Below are positions 18,210-28,741 of a stretch of 64,000 bases of DNA, piece after piece. The DNA is taken from contig CASDXQ010000002.1 of assembly GCA_949285145.1 (NCBI GenBank), forward strand, positions 17,516 to 81,515. The letters run 5' to 3'. The translations under genes were made by a program, and so were the position numbers. The notes under the pieces are model-generated. The model searched no databases. It was given only the letters and a program-made list of their open reading frames with translations, and was not told where the DNA came from. Origin of the DNA: an uncultured Spirochaetales bacterium. GTDB lineage: Bacteria > Spirochaetota > Spirochaetia > Sphaerochaetales > Sphaerochaetaceae. Numbering within the stretch: position 1 is the first letter of the stretch; every line of letters begins with the position of its first letter.

Positions 18210-20798
18210 TCACTTCTTTTCTGACATTCTGCTGATCTCGCTCTGCAGTTTCTGGACAAGAACCAGTGCATCAAGCGGAGTTGAATTGGAGATGTCGAAA
18301 TCGGAAATCTCATCAATGAGATGATCCTTATCACTGTTGGCAACATTGCTTGTGTCGACGAAAAGATCCAGCTGGCTGTCGTTTATGTTCATCTTGTAGT
18401 CGGCAAAGTGCTTTTTCTGGAAAGCAGAAGCCGTGCGGATGACAGATGACGGGATACCGGCAAGTTTCGCGACATGAAGGCCATAGCTGCTTTCAGCAAC
18501 GCCTTTCACTGCTTTGCGCTGGAAAACAATATTGTTTTTGTCCTGTGAAACTTCAAGCGTGAGAAGCTGCATTCTGGAAGTATCGATCATTGTCAGCTCA
18601 TGATAATGTGTTGCAAACAGTGTTATGCACTTGAGATCAAGCAGATACTTCATTATCGCATATGCTATGCTCATGCCGTCCTGAGTGGATGTTCCCCTTC
18701 CGATCTCATCCATTATGACAAAGCTTCTTTCACTTGCATTGCGGAGAATGAAACTTGCCTCCTGCATCTCGACAAGAAATGTCGACTCTCCTTTTGCAAG
18801 ATTGTCGCTTGCCCCTACACGGCAGAAAATCCTGTCAGTAAGAGGTATGACAGCTTTTGATGCGGGAACGTAGGAACCGCAGTGTGCAAGAAGAACAATC
18901 AGTGCGTTCTGCCTGAGATATGTTGATTTACCTGCCATGTTCGGCCCTGTGATAAGAGCAAAACGGGATTCTGATGTATTGAAGCTGTTTCTCACAAAAC
19001 TATTGTGCTCGATGTACTGTTCGACGACAGGATGGCGGCCGTCACAGATCTCGAGCTCACCGTCCTCAATGATTTCAGGACGTGTATAGTTATAAAGCGA
19101 GGCGACTTCAGCAAAGCTCTGATAAACATCAAGCCGTGCAAACATGCTGCCGATGGCAGAAAGATCCTTTGAATGCTTTTTTGTCTGTGAAACAATTCTG
19201 TTATACAGTTCCTTCTCCCTGAGATTGAAGTCACTTTCAGCATTGTTTATCCTGACTTCGATTTCAGAAAGCTCACTGGTCGTGAATCTTTCTCCTCCGA
19301 CAAGAGTCTGCCGCCTTATGAAATAATCAGGGATTTTTGATAGCTGTCCCTTGGGAACTTCAAGATACATTCCTATGATCCTGTTCTCGCCGCACTTCAT
19401 TATTGTTATGCCGGTCTCAGCCTTCACTTTCTCAAGATATTCATCAAGAAGGGATGAACCGGTGAGATGAATAGTCTTCAGCTCGTCAAGTTTTTCATCA
19501 TATCCTTCTTTTATTATCGTCCCGCTGTGATTTGCATTGGTGCACTCAGGGTTGATTGATTTCTCGATTTCATCTGCAAGAGACAGAAGTTCCTCAGGAT
19601 TCCTGACATCAGTACTGAGAAGCTTCAGATACTCTTCCCTTTCACCGACAAGGCGGAAAAATGAAAAAAGACTTTCCTTGACAGCGATGAGATCTCTTAC
19701 CACAGAACGGTTCATTTCAAGCTTTGAGGAAAGACGTATGAGATCCGCAGATGATGAGAGAAGATTTCTGATTCTTCTTCTCTCGTCCATGTCATCAATG
19801 AGTTTTCCTGTCCAGGACAGACGTTCATTTATCTTATCCTTGTCACACAGAGGATGAAGCAGAGTGTCCTTAAGAAGTCTGCTTCCGGCAGCTGTACGGG
19901 TTTTATTTACTGCTGAAAAAAGAGTGAAAGCACTTCCACCGCTGTGAAGCGATCTGACGATCTCCAGATTCTTCTCAGTAGCCTCATCAAGCAGGAGAAA
20001 ACCATCATCAGTGAGAACCTGTATGTTTTCAATCTGTTTCAGATCGCTTTTAGCCATGTCTTTCACATAATGGAAAAGTGCGCCGACAGGGCTCAGAAGA
20101 GGACTCTTGTCATCAAGGCCGAACGGTGAAAGACTGGCAACCGACAGGTTTTCCCTGATCTGTGTCTTTCCTTCCTTCATCGTGAAATACCAGGCAGGAA
20201 GCTTTGTTACTATTTTTCCCTGGGAATCAAGGACAGCTCTCAGATCCCTGTTCGTGAAATAAAGATCATCATTTACAAGTATTTCACTGATGCTGAACGA
20301 TGCAATAAACGCTGAAAGCGTTGAGAAACGGGAATCCTTTGGAAGATGCCTGGCATAGAATTTTCCGCTTGAGATATCACACAAAGCGGTATAGACCTCT
20401 CCTTTCACAAGATCGACAGCAAGGACAAAGTTGTCGGAGAATGAATCAAGATACTCATCCTCCACAACCGTTCCCGGTGTATAGACCTGAATAACTTCCC
20501 TCTTTGCGAGTTCTCTTGAATTCTCAGGAAGACTCAGCTGCTCGCATACGGCGACCTTCTTACCTTCATCAAGAAGTCTCTTAAGATAGTTTACCGCCGC
20601 ATGATATGGAATCCCGCACATGGGGGCGCTGCCTCTGTGCGTGAGGGTAAGATTAAGAAGACGGGATACCTCAAGGGCATCCTCGTCGAACATTTCATAA
20701 AAGTCGCCCAGACGGAAGAACAGTATTTCATCAGGATGTTCCTTCTTGATCTCCTGATACTGTCTCATCATCGGAGTCAGTTCTTTTTTGTCAGCCAT
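18210..20798 (-). CDS. mutS: DNA mismatch repair protein MutS
   Basis: 862 aa with the N-terminus TPMMRQYQEIKKEHPDEILFFRLGDFYEMF, Walker A GPNMAGKSTYLRQ and FATHYHEL. Confidence 0.96.
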   Translation of the reverse strand: MADKKELTPMMRQYQEIKKEHPDEILFFRLGDFYEMFDEDALEVSRLLNLTLTHRGSAPMCGIPYHAAVNYLKRLLDEGKKVAVCEQLSLPENSRELAKREVIQVYTPGTVVEDEYLDSFSDNFVLAVDLVKGEVYTALCDISSGKFYARHLPKDSRFSTLSAFIASFSISEILVNDDLYFTNRDLRAVLDSQGKIVTKLPAWYFTMKEGKTQIRENLSVASLSPFGLDDKSPLLSPVGALFHYVKDMAKSDLKQIENIQVLTDDGFLLLDEATEKNLEIVRSLHSGGSAFTLFSAVNKTRTAAGSRLLKDTLLHPLCDKDKINERLSWTGKLIDDMDERRRIRNLLSSSADLIRLSSKLEMNRSVVRDLIAVKESLFSFFRLVGEREEYLKLLSTDVRNPEELLSLADEIEKSINPECTNANHSGTIIKEGYDEKLDELKTIHLTGSSLLDEYLEKVKAETGITIMKCGENRIIGMYLEVPKGQLSKIPDYFIRRQTLVGGERFTTSELSEIEVRINNAESDFNLREKELYNRIVSQTKKHSKDLSAIGSMFARLDVYQSFAEVASLYNYTRPEIIEDGELEICDGRHPVVEQYIEHNSFVRNSFNTSESRFALITGPNMAGKSTYLRQNALIVLLAHCGSYVPASKAVIPLTDRIFCRVGASDNLAKGESTFLVEMQEASFILRNASERSFVIMDEIGRGTSTQDGMSIAYAIMKYLLDLKCITLFATHYHELTMIDTSRMQLLTLEVSQDKNNIVFQRKAVKGVAESSYGLHVAKLAGIPSSVIRTASAFQKKHFADYKMNINDSQLDLFVDTSNVANSDKDHLIDEISDFDISNSTPLDALVLVQKLQSEISRMSEKK

Positions 20799-20811
20799 TC
20801 AGACGGATATT

Positions 20812-23301
20812 TTAATAAATGGATGTCGTGATTGCAAGAACGATGCTGCCGCCGAAAATTGATCCGTCAACAAAATTGAAACCGGCCTCGTCATTCAGCG
20901 TCGCATTCTTCACCCAGTACAGACCAAGAGGGAAACCGGGTATCCTGAGCTTGATGCCGAATCCGCTTGCAAAGTACCACTGAAGATCCTCAAAACCGTG
21001 CAGATCTGAAACCTCTCCTCCCTCAAGCGTAGTTCCATCAGCTGAAATGAAAGCTTCAAGATTGAGAATGTTCTTTACCAGCGGATAGGAAAGATCAATC
21101 TGGTTGTGCCACAGGAAGCCCAGATCAAGAACCGGAGAGAAACCTCTGGCTGTATTCATGCCGTCAAGATAGATTCTCTCGTATCTGGTCGTGCCAAGCT
21201 TTGATTCATACCAGTCCCAGCCGTGTTCCTCCCTGCTGTTCCAGTACTGCGGAAGCATGACACTGACACTTGTAGTGCCGGAAAGGACAAGGCTTCTGGA
21301 TTCACCTTCGTCATTTGTATATGTGAAAAGCGGAACATATCCGGCAGCTGATGTATTGATCCTGTTGTAGTTTGAAAGGCCTCCGAGGAAACCTCCGGCA
21401 TATGTATATCCGATGGAAAGCAGATATCCTTTCGTTGTGTTCTCCACAAGATCCCTTCCGTCCCAAGTAAGCGTGAAACTGAGCCGGTTGGAGAACTGCC
21501 ATTTATCATGATACTTCTTGATCAGCAACTCATAAGGATCATAGTTGGCATCATATACAGCATGTGAAAGGCCGACGGAAACACCGGCGGAAAGGCTTAG
21601 ATTGCCGGGGCGGAATGTGAATGTGTATCCGGTGGAATATCCAAGTGAGATAGTGTAGAAATCATAATTCATCCTGTCTTCACTCGGATTTGTTCCTTCT
21701 TCATCACGTCCGTTGAAATAATCAGAATTTGAACCGCGCTGAAGAACATCGTCAATGACGCTTCTCTCAAAGCCGAGGGAAATGCCGTTTGCCCAGCGTG
21801 CATTGCCGACCCAGTCATCAGACAGGGAAAGAGAGAGCTGCTGATTGTCAGGAGAAAGATTTGTTGTTATCGCAAAGTCGCGGCCGGTACCGAACAGGTT
21901 TCTGTCCGACCACTGGAGGAAACCGGATACAGGGAAACCGCCTACGTTGCCTCCGAATGTGGCACCGAACTGGAGCTGCATCTGATTACCCTCCTCCACA
22001 GCGATTTCCAGAATGACACCGTTCTCGCTTTCACCCTGATAAAGTCCTGTCGAGATATCGGTGATAATACCTGTATTGAGGATATTGCGTCCTGAAGTCT
22101 GAAGGGCTTCCTGACTGAAGACATCACCGACATGAAGTTCAAGCTCACGTTCAAGAACATACGGCTTTGTTTTTGTCAGACCGGTGATCACGATTTTTTC
22201 TATGACAGACTGTCCGCTTTCCTGGATGACAAGATGATAATCAATTGTATGGGAAGCAGAATCCTCAATCATCTGGGGATTGATCTGAGTCTGGATATAG
22301 CCGTCATTGTAATACAGTGAAGCGATTGCCTGAATCTGAGCCATGACCTCGCTGTAGTTGTTGACAGAACCTTCTTTCAAATAAACGGCATCCTGAAGCT
22401 GCTGAGTGGAAATGACACTGTTGCCTTCAAAGGAGAATGATCCGACAAACCACTGTTCGCCCTCGTTGATCTCTATGTTGATATCCACCATATGATAGCG
22501 TTCATGTGTCTCCTGAGAGTCCACAACTTCGTAATTCACGATGCCGGCATCAACATAGCCGTTGTCATTATAGAAAAGAACCAGAGTCTGGAGATCACTC
22601 TGCAGTGTTGAGGCGATATAGTTGCCTGAGCGGAAAAAGCTTCTTTCCTTGAGCGTCATCTCCTTCTTCAGTTCCTTTGACTGGTAGGCAGTGTTTCCGA
22701 TGAAGTTGATGTTCGCGATCTTGTACTGCTGTCCTTCCTCAACGGTGAAAACGATTTTGACAGTATTTGACTCCTCATCGATTTCACTGTAAACATCGAC
22801 CTGAGCATCTGCATAGCCGCGGGAAAGATAATAATCCTGCACAAGAGCGGCATTAGCTTTCAGCAGGCCGGGAGAATGGAAATCACCTTCCACAAGATTC
22901 TGCTCTCCGGCAAGCACACCGGAACGTATGGCATCATTACCTTCGAATGATATCTCGGTTATCATCGGGATCTCGTGGATCACCATGGTGATATCCACGG
23001 AAGAACCATCCTCCGATGGGCTCATCTCATAGCTTTCTATGTATTCAAGCCACGGTTGGGAATACATTATATTGTTTATCTCATCTTCCACTTCAGGAGT
23101 GAAAGGCTGTCCTGTGAAATCCCTGAGCAAGCTGTTGATTGTTCTTGCGCTGACATTCTGAAGCCCCTGATAGGAAAAAGAGGAAATGTTCCTGCCATAC
23201 CACCAGGTACCTGTCAATTCATCACTTTGACCATCTGCCGCATAAAGAGGAACAAAAGCAAACAGAATCGCTAAAGCAAGATAAGCGATTTTCTTAACCA
23301 T
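20812..23301 (-). CDS. bamA: Outer membrane protein assembly factor BamA
   Basis: There are repeated POTRA-type motifs (YYLSRGYADAQV, FYNDNGYVDAGI, LYYNDGYIQTQI), a C-terminal beta-barrel and a terminal aromatic residue. I place the start at ATG 23301, which has AGGAGA 7 nt upstream and gives the signal peptide MVKKIAYLALAILFAFVPLYA. The track ORF starts 48 nt further upstream. Confidence 0.85.
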   Translation of the reverse strand: MVKKIAYLALAILFAFVPLYAADGQSDELTGTWWYGRNISSFSYQGLQNVSARTINSLLRDFTGQPFTPEVEDEINNIMYSQPWLEYIESYEMSPSEDGSSVDITMVIHEIPMITEISFEGNDAIRSGVLAGEQNLVEGDFHSPGLLKANAALVQDYYLSRGYADAQVDVYSEIDEESNTVKIVFTVEEGQQYKIANINFIGNTAYQSKELKKEMTLKERSFFRSGNYIASTLQSDLQTLVLFYNDNGYVDAGIVNYEVVDSQETHERYHMVDINIEINEGEQWFVGSFSFEGNSVISTQQLQDAVYLKEGSVNNYSEVMAQIQAIASLYYNDGYIQTQINPQMIEDSASHTIDYHLVIQESGQSVIEKIVITGLTKTKPYVLERELELHVGDVFSQEALQTSGRNILNTGIITDISTGLYQGESENGVILEIAVEEGNQMQLQFGATFGGNVGGFPVSGFLQWSDRNLFGTGRDFAITTNLSPDNQQLSLSLSDDWVGNARWANGISLGFERSVIDDVLQRGSNSDYFNGRDEEGTNPSEDRMNYDFYTISLGYSTGYTFTFRPGNLSLSAGVSVGLSHAVYDANYDPYELLIKKYHDKWQFSNRLSFTLTWDGRDLVENTTKGYLLSIGYTYAGGFLGGLSNYNRINTSAAGYVPLFTYTNDEGESRSLVLSGTTSVSVMLPQYWNSREEHGWDWYESKLGTTRYERIYLDGMNTARGFSPVLDLGFLWHNQIDLSYPLVKNILNLEAFISADGTTLEGGEVSDLHGFEDLQWYFASGFGIKLRIPGFPLGLYWVKNATLNDEAGFNFVDGSIFGGSIVLAITTSIY

Positions 23302-23400
23302 GTAATTTCTCCTGACTGGAAATATATCCAAAAAAACAATAAAACTCAAACATAAGTTACTTTTATCTCATTTTTCTATATGCAATCTTCACATTCACGC

Positions 23401-26400
23401 TCAGAAATCGATTGTCTTTGTGTATCTTATACCGAAATTATCCATTATGCTCGGAAGGGACAGATAAGTCGGTACGGAGAAGAGCGTGAAAGTGCCAAGA
23501 GGATTCTCCCATTCAAAAGAAATCTCCAGATCCAGGGAAAGATCATCGGTAAGGAAGCTTGCATCATTGACAGTATTGTCCATCGCCTGGAGGAAGAACA
23601 TCACCTGAAGATAGATACTGTCGGAAAGATACTTGCCTATATAGATCGAAGTATTGTTCAGATATGTCGCCAGAGGACTGTAACTGTGCTCGGCATCAGG
23701 GAAAATGGTTGCGAGAAGGAAATTCTCGATGATGTTCGTCCTGAGCGAGAAGATATCCACATGCAGGCTGTCACGGATGATGCTTACAAGATCTCCGCTT
23801 CCTGTATTTATGATGCCTGCCCTGCTGAGCACGTTCATGCCAGATGTCACAAGAGAAGCGATTGAACCGATACTGCTGCCGCTGTAGGCGGTCGATGGAA
23901 GAAGCGAGCTGCCCAGGATTGACATTATCTCCTCAATCGAAAGCTGCGGCGTGCTTTCAAATGTCGGTGAGAAATTATCAAGGGAGGCATTGTTGAGAAC
24001 AAGATATATATCTACTCTGTCACCGTTGCTGTCATAATCACGCAGCCTTGCACGCAGATTTATCAGAGGAGTGAGTTCCCCGCTGCTGCTGTCAAGGAAA
24101 TTGAAGCTTCCTTCCGTGATGAAGAAGTTTTTCTGGAAATAATATATTTCGCCTGATCTGAATGAAAGAGAACCGACGAGGCTTATCTCCGAAGATTCAC
24201 TGTCATAGATGAAGTGGAAATTATTGTCTTCATTGAAATACGCTCTCAGTATCGGATCTTCCTGAAGAGGCATGACAAAGGAACAGTTTTCCTTGAGGGT
24301 GACCTCATACTCATTCCTCACCTGCCTGTCGCTTGCATACCACCACTGCGGCAGAGGATCAAGTCCGAGAGAGAAAACTGTGTTGTGAAGATTCAGCTCG
24401 CCGCTGAGGAAAATCTTGTCAAGATCAGAATAGATTCTGAAATATCCGTCAACATCTCCTTTTATCTGCAGTCCTTTATTCACCACTGGAACTCTTACAA
24501 AAACGGTATCACCCTCCGGAACCCATACCTCGACATCATAATACTCGATTATGTCTGAATTGCTCAGCATTGCCTGGGCGACGGCAAAACCTCTGTGAAG
24601 ATCTCCGTTGTCATCATCGATCACGACGACCTGTGTCCTGTTGGTCGTCGCATGATTGTCGACAACAGATACCTGTGTGTTGCCTACCCTGATCCTTGCA
24701 TTCTCAAGCCACCACACTCTCATGTCAAAGCCGTGGGTTCCTCCGTCACCGTAGAGATGGCTGTCATCAATTGTTCCGTAAATCACGAAATCCCCGAAAA
24801 CCCAGCTTGGATCCTCAAAAAGGACGAGAGGCACCGGATACACCCAGTTCAGATTAGAAAGGTCAAAGTGGATATCAGTAAGGTTCAGATGAATGTCATC
24901 AGGATCGAACGATCCTTCTATGATGCCGTACAAGACATCATTCTCAATGATCGTCAGCTTTGCGGTCATGGAAGGAATATCGGCGAAACCGGTGATGAAG
25001 GAACCATCCAGATCAACTCTTCCATTGAAATACGAAAGAGAGATGAAGCGCCCTGCAAGCAGTTCCTTGCCGTCCACATTGAGATTGTCAATGCTCACTC
25101 CGGCGTCAAAGTGCACCGCATCAAGATTTCTTATTGTCTCACCGACGAGTTCCGCAAGGCTGCTGTACGGGGTGAAATTCAGCGTAAGCGTGAGAGATGC
25201 ATCGACAGGATATATTCTGTCGACATTCACCTTATCATAATGCATACTGACAGTCGTGCTGAAAAGTCCGCTGCGTATCTCAAAGGAAATCTCATCGCTT
25301 GATATGGTGAGATTTTCCGTAGTGTAGGAAACATCACTTGCGATGAAGCCTGAATTGTCAAGGATGATGCCAGCTCTCAGCGCATAGGTTCCCTCAGCAT
25401 CGTCACCTGAATGCAGATAGATATTTCCGGAGAACGAGAAGTCAGAACCGTTTTCCCCTCTTCCTATCAGATATGTGTCGAGAACCGAATCCTGAAGTCC
25501 GAAACGTGAGAGGGAGACATTGTCTGCAGTGAGGATTCCTGAATAATCGCCGCCTGAAAGCATGAGAGAGAGATTTATCCTTTCATACGCATTGCCGAGA
25601 GTGAAGGCAAAACGTCTTCCTTCATAGACAAATACAGCCTCTCCGGAATACAGGCCGAAATCATCTCTCATGATTATATCGCTGAAAGAGATCCTGTCTG
25701 TATCAATCGTGAGGGAGAAAGTGATATCGGGACGCGAGTGTATGAAGGCAAAAGAATTGACGGTGAAATCTTCGGCAATGCCGAAATAAGACTGTGCAGC
25801 GAAATCAAAGTAATATGAAAAACTGCCGTTGAGTGTCGACTGCTGTATGCTGTGGGGATTAAGGGTCGGCAAGCTGAAATCCGTAAATGAAAGCTGGAGA
25901 GCAAAGCGGTTGGAATAATCCAGCGATGCCACAAGTCCGGCGGAAATCAGATCTGCCCTAGAGTTGTTGAAATCAACGCTCAGATCAAACGGATAGACCG
26001 TTGCCCCGCTCTTGAGCTCCCCGTTTGAGCTTATAACGCCTTCCCTTGCCCAGTTGATGGCTCCTCTGAGATAGCTGTTCTCAAAATACGGCGTGGAGAC
26101 ATCAAGATAGTATTCGTCTGCACTGTCGAGAAGGAAGTCAATATTTACGACCTTTGCTCCGGATTCTGTCATCTCGACAGAAAGATTTCCTTCCGGGAAA
26201 AGACTTTCATATGAAATGCTGCCGCTGTATACTATGCGCAGCCATTGAGTTGACAGTGTGAAGCTGCTTATGCTTACTGCATTCCGTTCAAGTCCTGCAT
26301 TCAGGTTTGACGCCAGAGCAAAGTCATACTCATTGAATTTTATGTTGTTCACGGCAAATGAACTGACAATCCTGCCTTCCGGCCTGCTGTCTTCATTGAG

Positions 26401-28053
26401 AGTGAAATCCATCAGCAGAGAACCGGACAAGGCCGTATCGCTGTCTATATATGCGCTTATGGAAGGAACAAACTGATCTATGAGACTTGAAAGGCTGCTG
26501 AGCCGGAATGAGTTGATATTAACTGAAAGATCATTCTTCTCTCCGCCTGAGAACACAAGCTGGATATCATCGCTGTAGGAGATCCTGGCTGAAAGACTTC
26601 CATTTCCGTATACTGCGGATGCCGTAATGCTTTCATCAAAAGGTTTGAACCTGAGAGAATTCACGTTGAGCGTGAAATCATTGACAGACATTGCGGACAA
26701 TATGACTGAAGCTGACAGATCAAGTTCCATATCATCGAGGAAGTTCACAGATGACGAGGCGATCACGCCTGTATCAGCCTGTGCATATATTGTCTCATCG
26801 TTCATCTGTCCTGAGAAATCCAGCGACGGAACATGGGCCTGTGAGAAAACACCGTACGTGAGTTCTTCCAGCCCTGCTGCCATGATATCGCTGGTCTTTA
26901 ATGAGAATGAGATGATGGAGGATGCCTTGTCTGCCACTGCTTCAAAAGAAGAGACACTTGCACTGATGTCTTCATATGAAAGATGTAAATCATCATTGCT
27001 GCTGACTTTCAAGGCTGCCGTATCTTCTGAAATGTCAAGTCGGGCATCAATACGTCCTGCTGATGCGCTTATGTCTTCAGAGCAGAGCTTTGATGAAAGA
27101 AGGACAAAGTCAACTCCATTTCCGCCAGTGCTGGCGGAAAGGCCTCTCACTCCAAAAGAGTAATCCTGATAAACGATATTCCCGCTTTGAGCGGAAAGCG
27201 CTACCGGGAGGTGTCTGATATCAAGCGTTCTCAGGCTCTCGAAATTCATGACAAGCGCAAGATTGTCAAATGAAGCGCTCATTTCCCCATAGTAGCCGTG
27301 CATGCTGTCAAGCGACATGCGGGTTCTGTATGTTCCGTCATAGGACAGATTAAGTGACAGATTAGATGCGCTGAAACCGAGTTCGAGAAGAGACACGTCA
27401 AGAGAAGGAGCATTGAAGACAAAACTGCTGAGCTGAAGCTGTCTGTCAAGCTTCAGGTTCATCATGAAATCCTCAAAATATATTGACCTTCCCAGATACA
27501 GATCGAAATTCACTATGTTGACAGAATATGTGAAATCATAGAAGAAAGAGTCACTCAGGCCTGCCCTTCGTTCATCAATCGAATTGATGAAACGGTTCAC
27601 ATCATCAATGCTGAGCTGTGAAGCCACAGCGGATGAGGATGCGCCGCCGGAGTCAGATGAAATGTCATCATCCCTGCTTCCCATCATGTTTTCAAGCGTC
27701 ACGGTGAGTCCGTCAATGTCTATGTTCATGTTTCCCTTTCCGGTTATGACAGAACAGATAAGGGAAAAGGGATTCTGATAAAGAGTGAGACTGTCTATGT
27801 GGACGGTCTCGTCTCCCCTGTATTCCAGGCTTATGTCATTGATCTTTATCTGCCTTGAGATGTTTCTGTCAATCGACCGGTATGAAAGTGAGAAGTCACT
27901 GTCATTGCTTATGTATGAAGAAAGCTGGGTCACAAGAAGAAGCCCGGGAGAGTCAATGTTCAGAGAGAAGATACAAAAAAGCACTGCGGCCAGGAATGTC
28001 AGCAGTACGAGAAATGAAATGATGATAGTCGAAAAAGTAGTATGGTACTTCAT
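23401..28053 (-). CDS. TamB-like giant translocation/assembly protein (N-terminal anchor plus long beta-rich body)
   Basis: 1550 aa. It has a single N-terminal TM helix (IIISFLVLLTFLAAVLFCIF) and a very long repetitive beta-strand-rich sequence. It lies directly upstream of bamA. The family call rests on architecture and synteny only. Confidence 0.65.
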   Translation of the reverse strand: MKYHTTFSTIIISFLVLLTFLAAVLFCIFSLNIDSPGLLLVTQLSSYISNDSDFSLSYRSIDRNISRQIKINDISLEYRGDETVHIDSLTLYQNPFSLICSVITGKGNMNIDIDGLTVTLENMMGSRDDDISSDSGGASSSAVASQLSIDDVNRFINSIDERRAGLSDSFFYDFTYSVNIVNFDLYLGRSIYFEDFMMNLKLDRQLQLSSFVFNAPSLDVSLLELGFSASNLSLNLSYDGTYRTRMSLDSMHGYYGEMSASFDNLALVMNFESLRTLDIRHLPVALSAQSGNIVYQDYSFGVRGLSASTGGNGVDFVLLSSKLCSEDISASAGRIDARLDISEDTAALKVSSNDDLHLSYEDISASVSSFEAVADKASSIISFSLKTSDIMAAGLEELTYGVFSQAHVPSLDFSGQMNDETIYAQADTGVIASSSVNFLDDMELDLSASVILSAMSVNDFTLNVNSLRFKPFDESITASAVYGNGSLSARISYSDDIQLVFSGGEKNDLSVNINSFRLSSLSSLIDQFVPSISAYIDSDTALSGSLLMDFTLNEDSRPEGRIVSSFAVNNIKFNEYDFALASNLNAGLERNAVSISSFTLSTQWLRIVYSGSISYESLFPEGNLSVEMTESGAKVVNIDFLLDSADEYYLDVSTPYFENSYLRGAINWAREGVISSNGELKSGATVYPFDLSVDFNNSRADLISAGLVASLDYSNRFALQLSFTDFSLPTLNPHSIQQSTLNGSFSYYFDFAAQSYFGIAEDFTVNSFAFIHSRPDITFSLTIDTDRISFSDIIMRDDFGLYSGEAVFVYEGRRFAFTLGNAYERINLSLMLSGGDYSGILTADNVSLSRFGLQDSVLDTYLIGRGENGSDFSFSGNIYLHSGDDAEGTYALRAGIILDNSGFIASDVSYTTENLTISSDEISFEIRSGLFSTTVSMHYDKVNVDRIYPVDASLTLTLNFTPYSSLAELVGETIRNLDAVHFDAGVSIDNLNVDGKELLAGRFISLSYFNGRVDLDGSFITGFADIPSMTAKLTIIENDVLYGIIEGSFDPDDIHLNLTDIHFDLSNLNWVYPVPLVLFEDPSWVFGDFVIYGTIDDSHLYGDGGTHGFDMRVWWLENARIRVGNTQVSVVDNHATTNRTQVVVIDDDNGDLHRGFAVAQAMLSNSDIIEYYDVEVWVPEGDTVFVRVPVVNKGLQIKGDVDGYFRIYSDLDKIFLSGELNLHNTVFSLGLDPLPQWWYASDRQVRNEYEVTLKENCSFVMPLQEDPILRAYFNEDNNFHFIYDSESSEISLVGSLSFRSGEIYYFQKNFFITEGSFNFLDSSSGELTPLINLRARLRDYDSNGDRVDIYLVLNNASLDNFSPTFESTPQLSIEEIMSILGSSLLPSTAYSGSSIGSIASLVTSGMNVLSRAGIINTGSGDLVSIIRDSLHVDIFSLRTNIIENFLLATIFPDAEHSYSPLATYLNNTSIYIGKYLSDSIYLQVMFFLQAMDNTVNDASFLTDDLSLDLEISFEWENPLGTFTLFSVPTYLSLPSIMDNFGIRYTKTIDF

Positions 28054-28132
28054 CTCTAGTTACGTTATTATATGGGAAAAATCATATTTAAAGAATAGAA
28101 AAAACATATTCTGGTGGGCAAGGAAAACTTTT

Positions 28133-28741
28133 ATGTCAGATATTCTTCCATCTTTTATCTGCTTTGAAGGACTCGACGGCAGCGGGAAAAGCACACAGGC
28201 GCATCTTCTTGCATGCGAACTTGAGAAAAGAGGAAACAGCGTGTTCCTCACTGCAGAACCTACTGACGGAGCGATCGGCAGGCTTATCCGTCAGGTTCTC
28301 CGGCATGAAGTGAGAACAACCGACCAGGCGCTTGCCCTGCTGTATGCCGCAGACCGCAATCATCATCTGTACAATGACGAGGACGGTATCATCAGAAACA
28401 TCAATGACGGCAGGATAGTGATCAGCGACCGCTATTTCTATTCTTCGGTCGCATATCAGGGCAATACGGTTGACGGGCAATATGTCAGAATGATAAATAC
28501 CTATCCTCATCCTGAATATGTCATATATATCGACACGCCTGTCGATGTATGCATGTCAAGAATAGACAGAAGGGGAGAAAAGAAAGAGCTTTTTGACAGG
28601 ACTGAGTTTCTCCGGAAAGTGAAAGCATCGTTCGACAGTATTTTCTCTTCACTCCCTTCCGCTGTCAGATTCCTGCATGTTGACGGAAGGACATCCATTG
28701 AAGAGCAGAAAGAGAAAATAATCTCATTTGTCAGTCTATGA
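28133..28741 (+). CDS. tmk: Thymidylate kinase
   Basis: The start is ATG 28133, 8 nt after AAGGAAA. It has the P-loop FEGLDGSGKSTQ and DRYFYSSVAYQG. The upstream part of the 318-aa track ORF is antisense to the tamB-like start and is not credible. Confidence 0.9.
   Translation: MSDILPSFICFEGLDGSGKSTQAHLLACELEKRGNSVFLTAEPTDGAIGRLIRQVLRHEVRTTDQALALLYAADRNHHLYNDEDGIIRNINDGRIVISDRYFYSSVAYQGNTVDGQYVRMINTYPHPEYVIYIDTPVDVCMSRIDRRGEKKELFDRTEFLRKVKASFDSIFSSLPSAVRFLHVDGRTSIEEQKEKIISFVSL

Noticed and set aside
27785-28132. A 116-residue N-terminal extension on the tmk ORF. Similar extended starts appear on the track ORFs for bamA, tpiA, ybeY, queA and the ECF ATPase.
   Set aside because: The extensions overlap neighbouring genes and lack homology-like sequence. 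Internal ATGs with good RBS spacing reproduce the canonical N-termini (FEGLDGSGKST, MVKKIAYLAL, MRKAYIAGNWKMN and others). These are longest-ORF artefacts.
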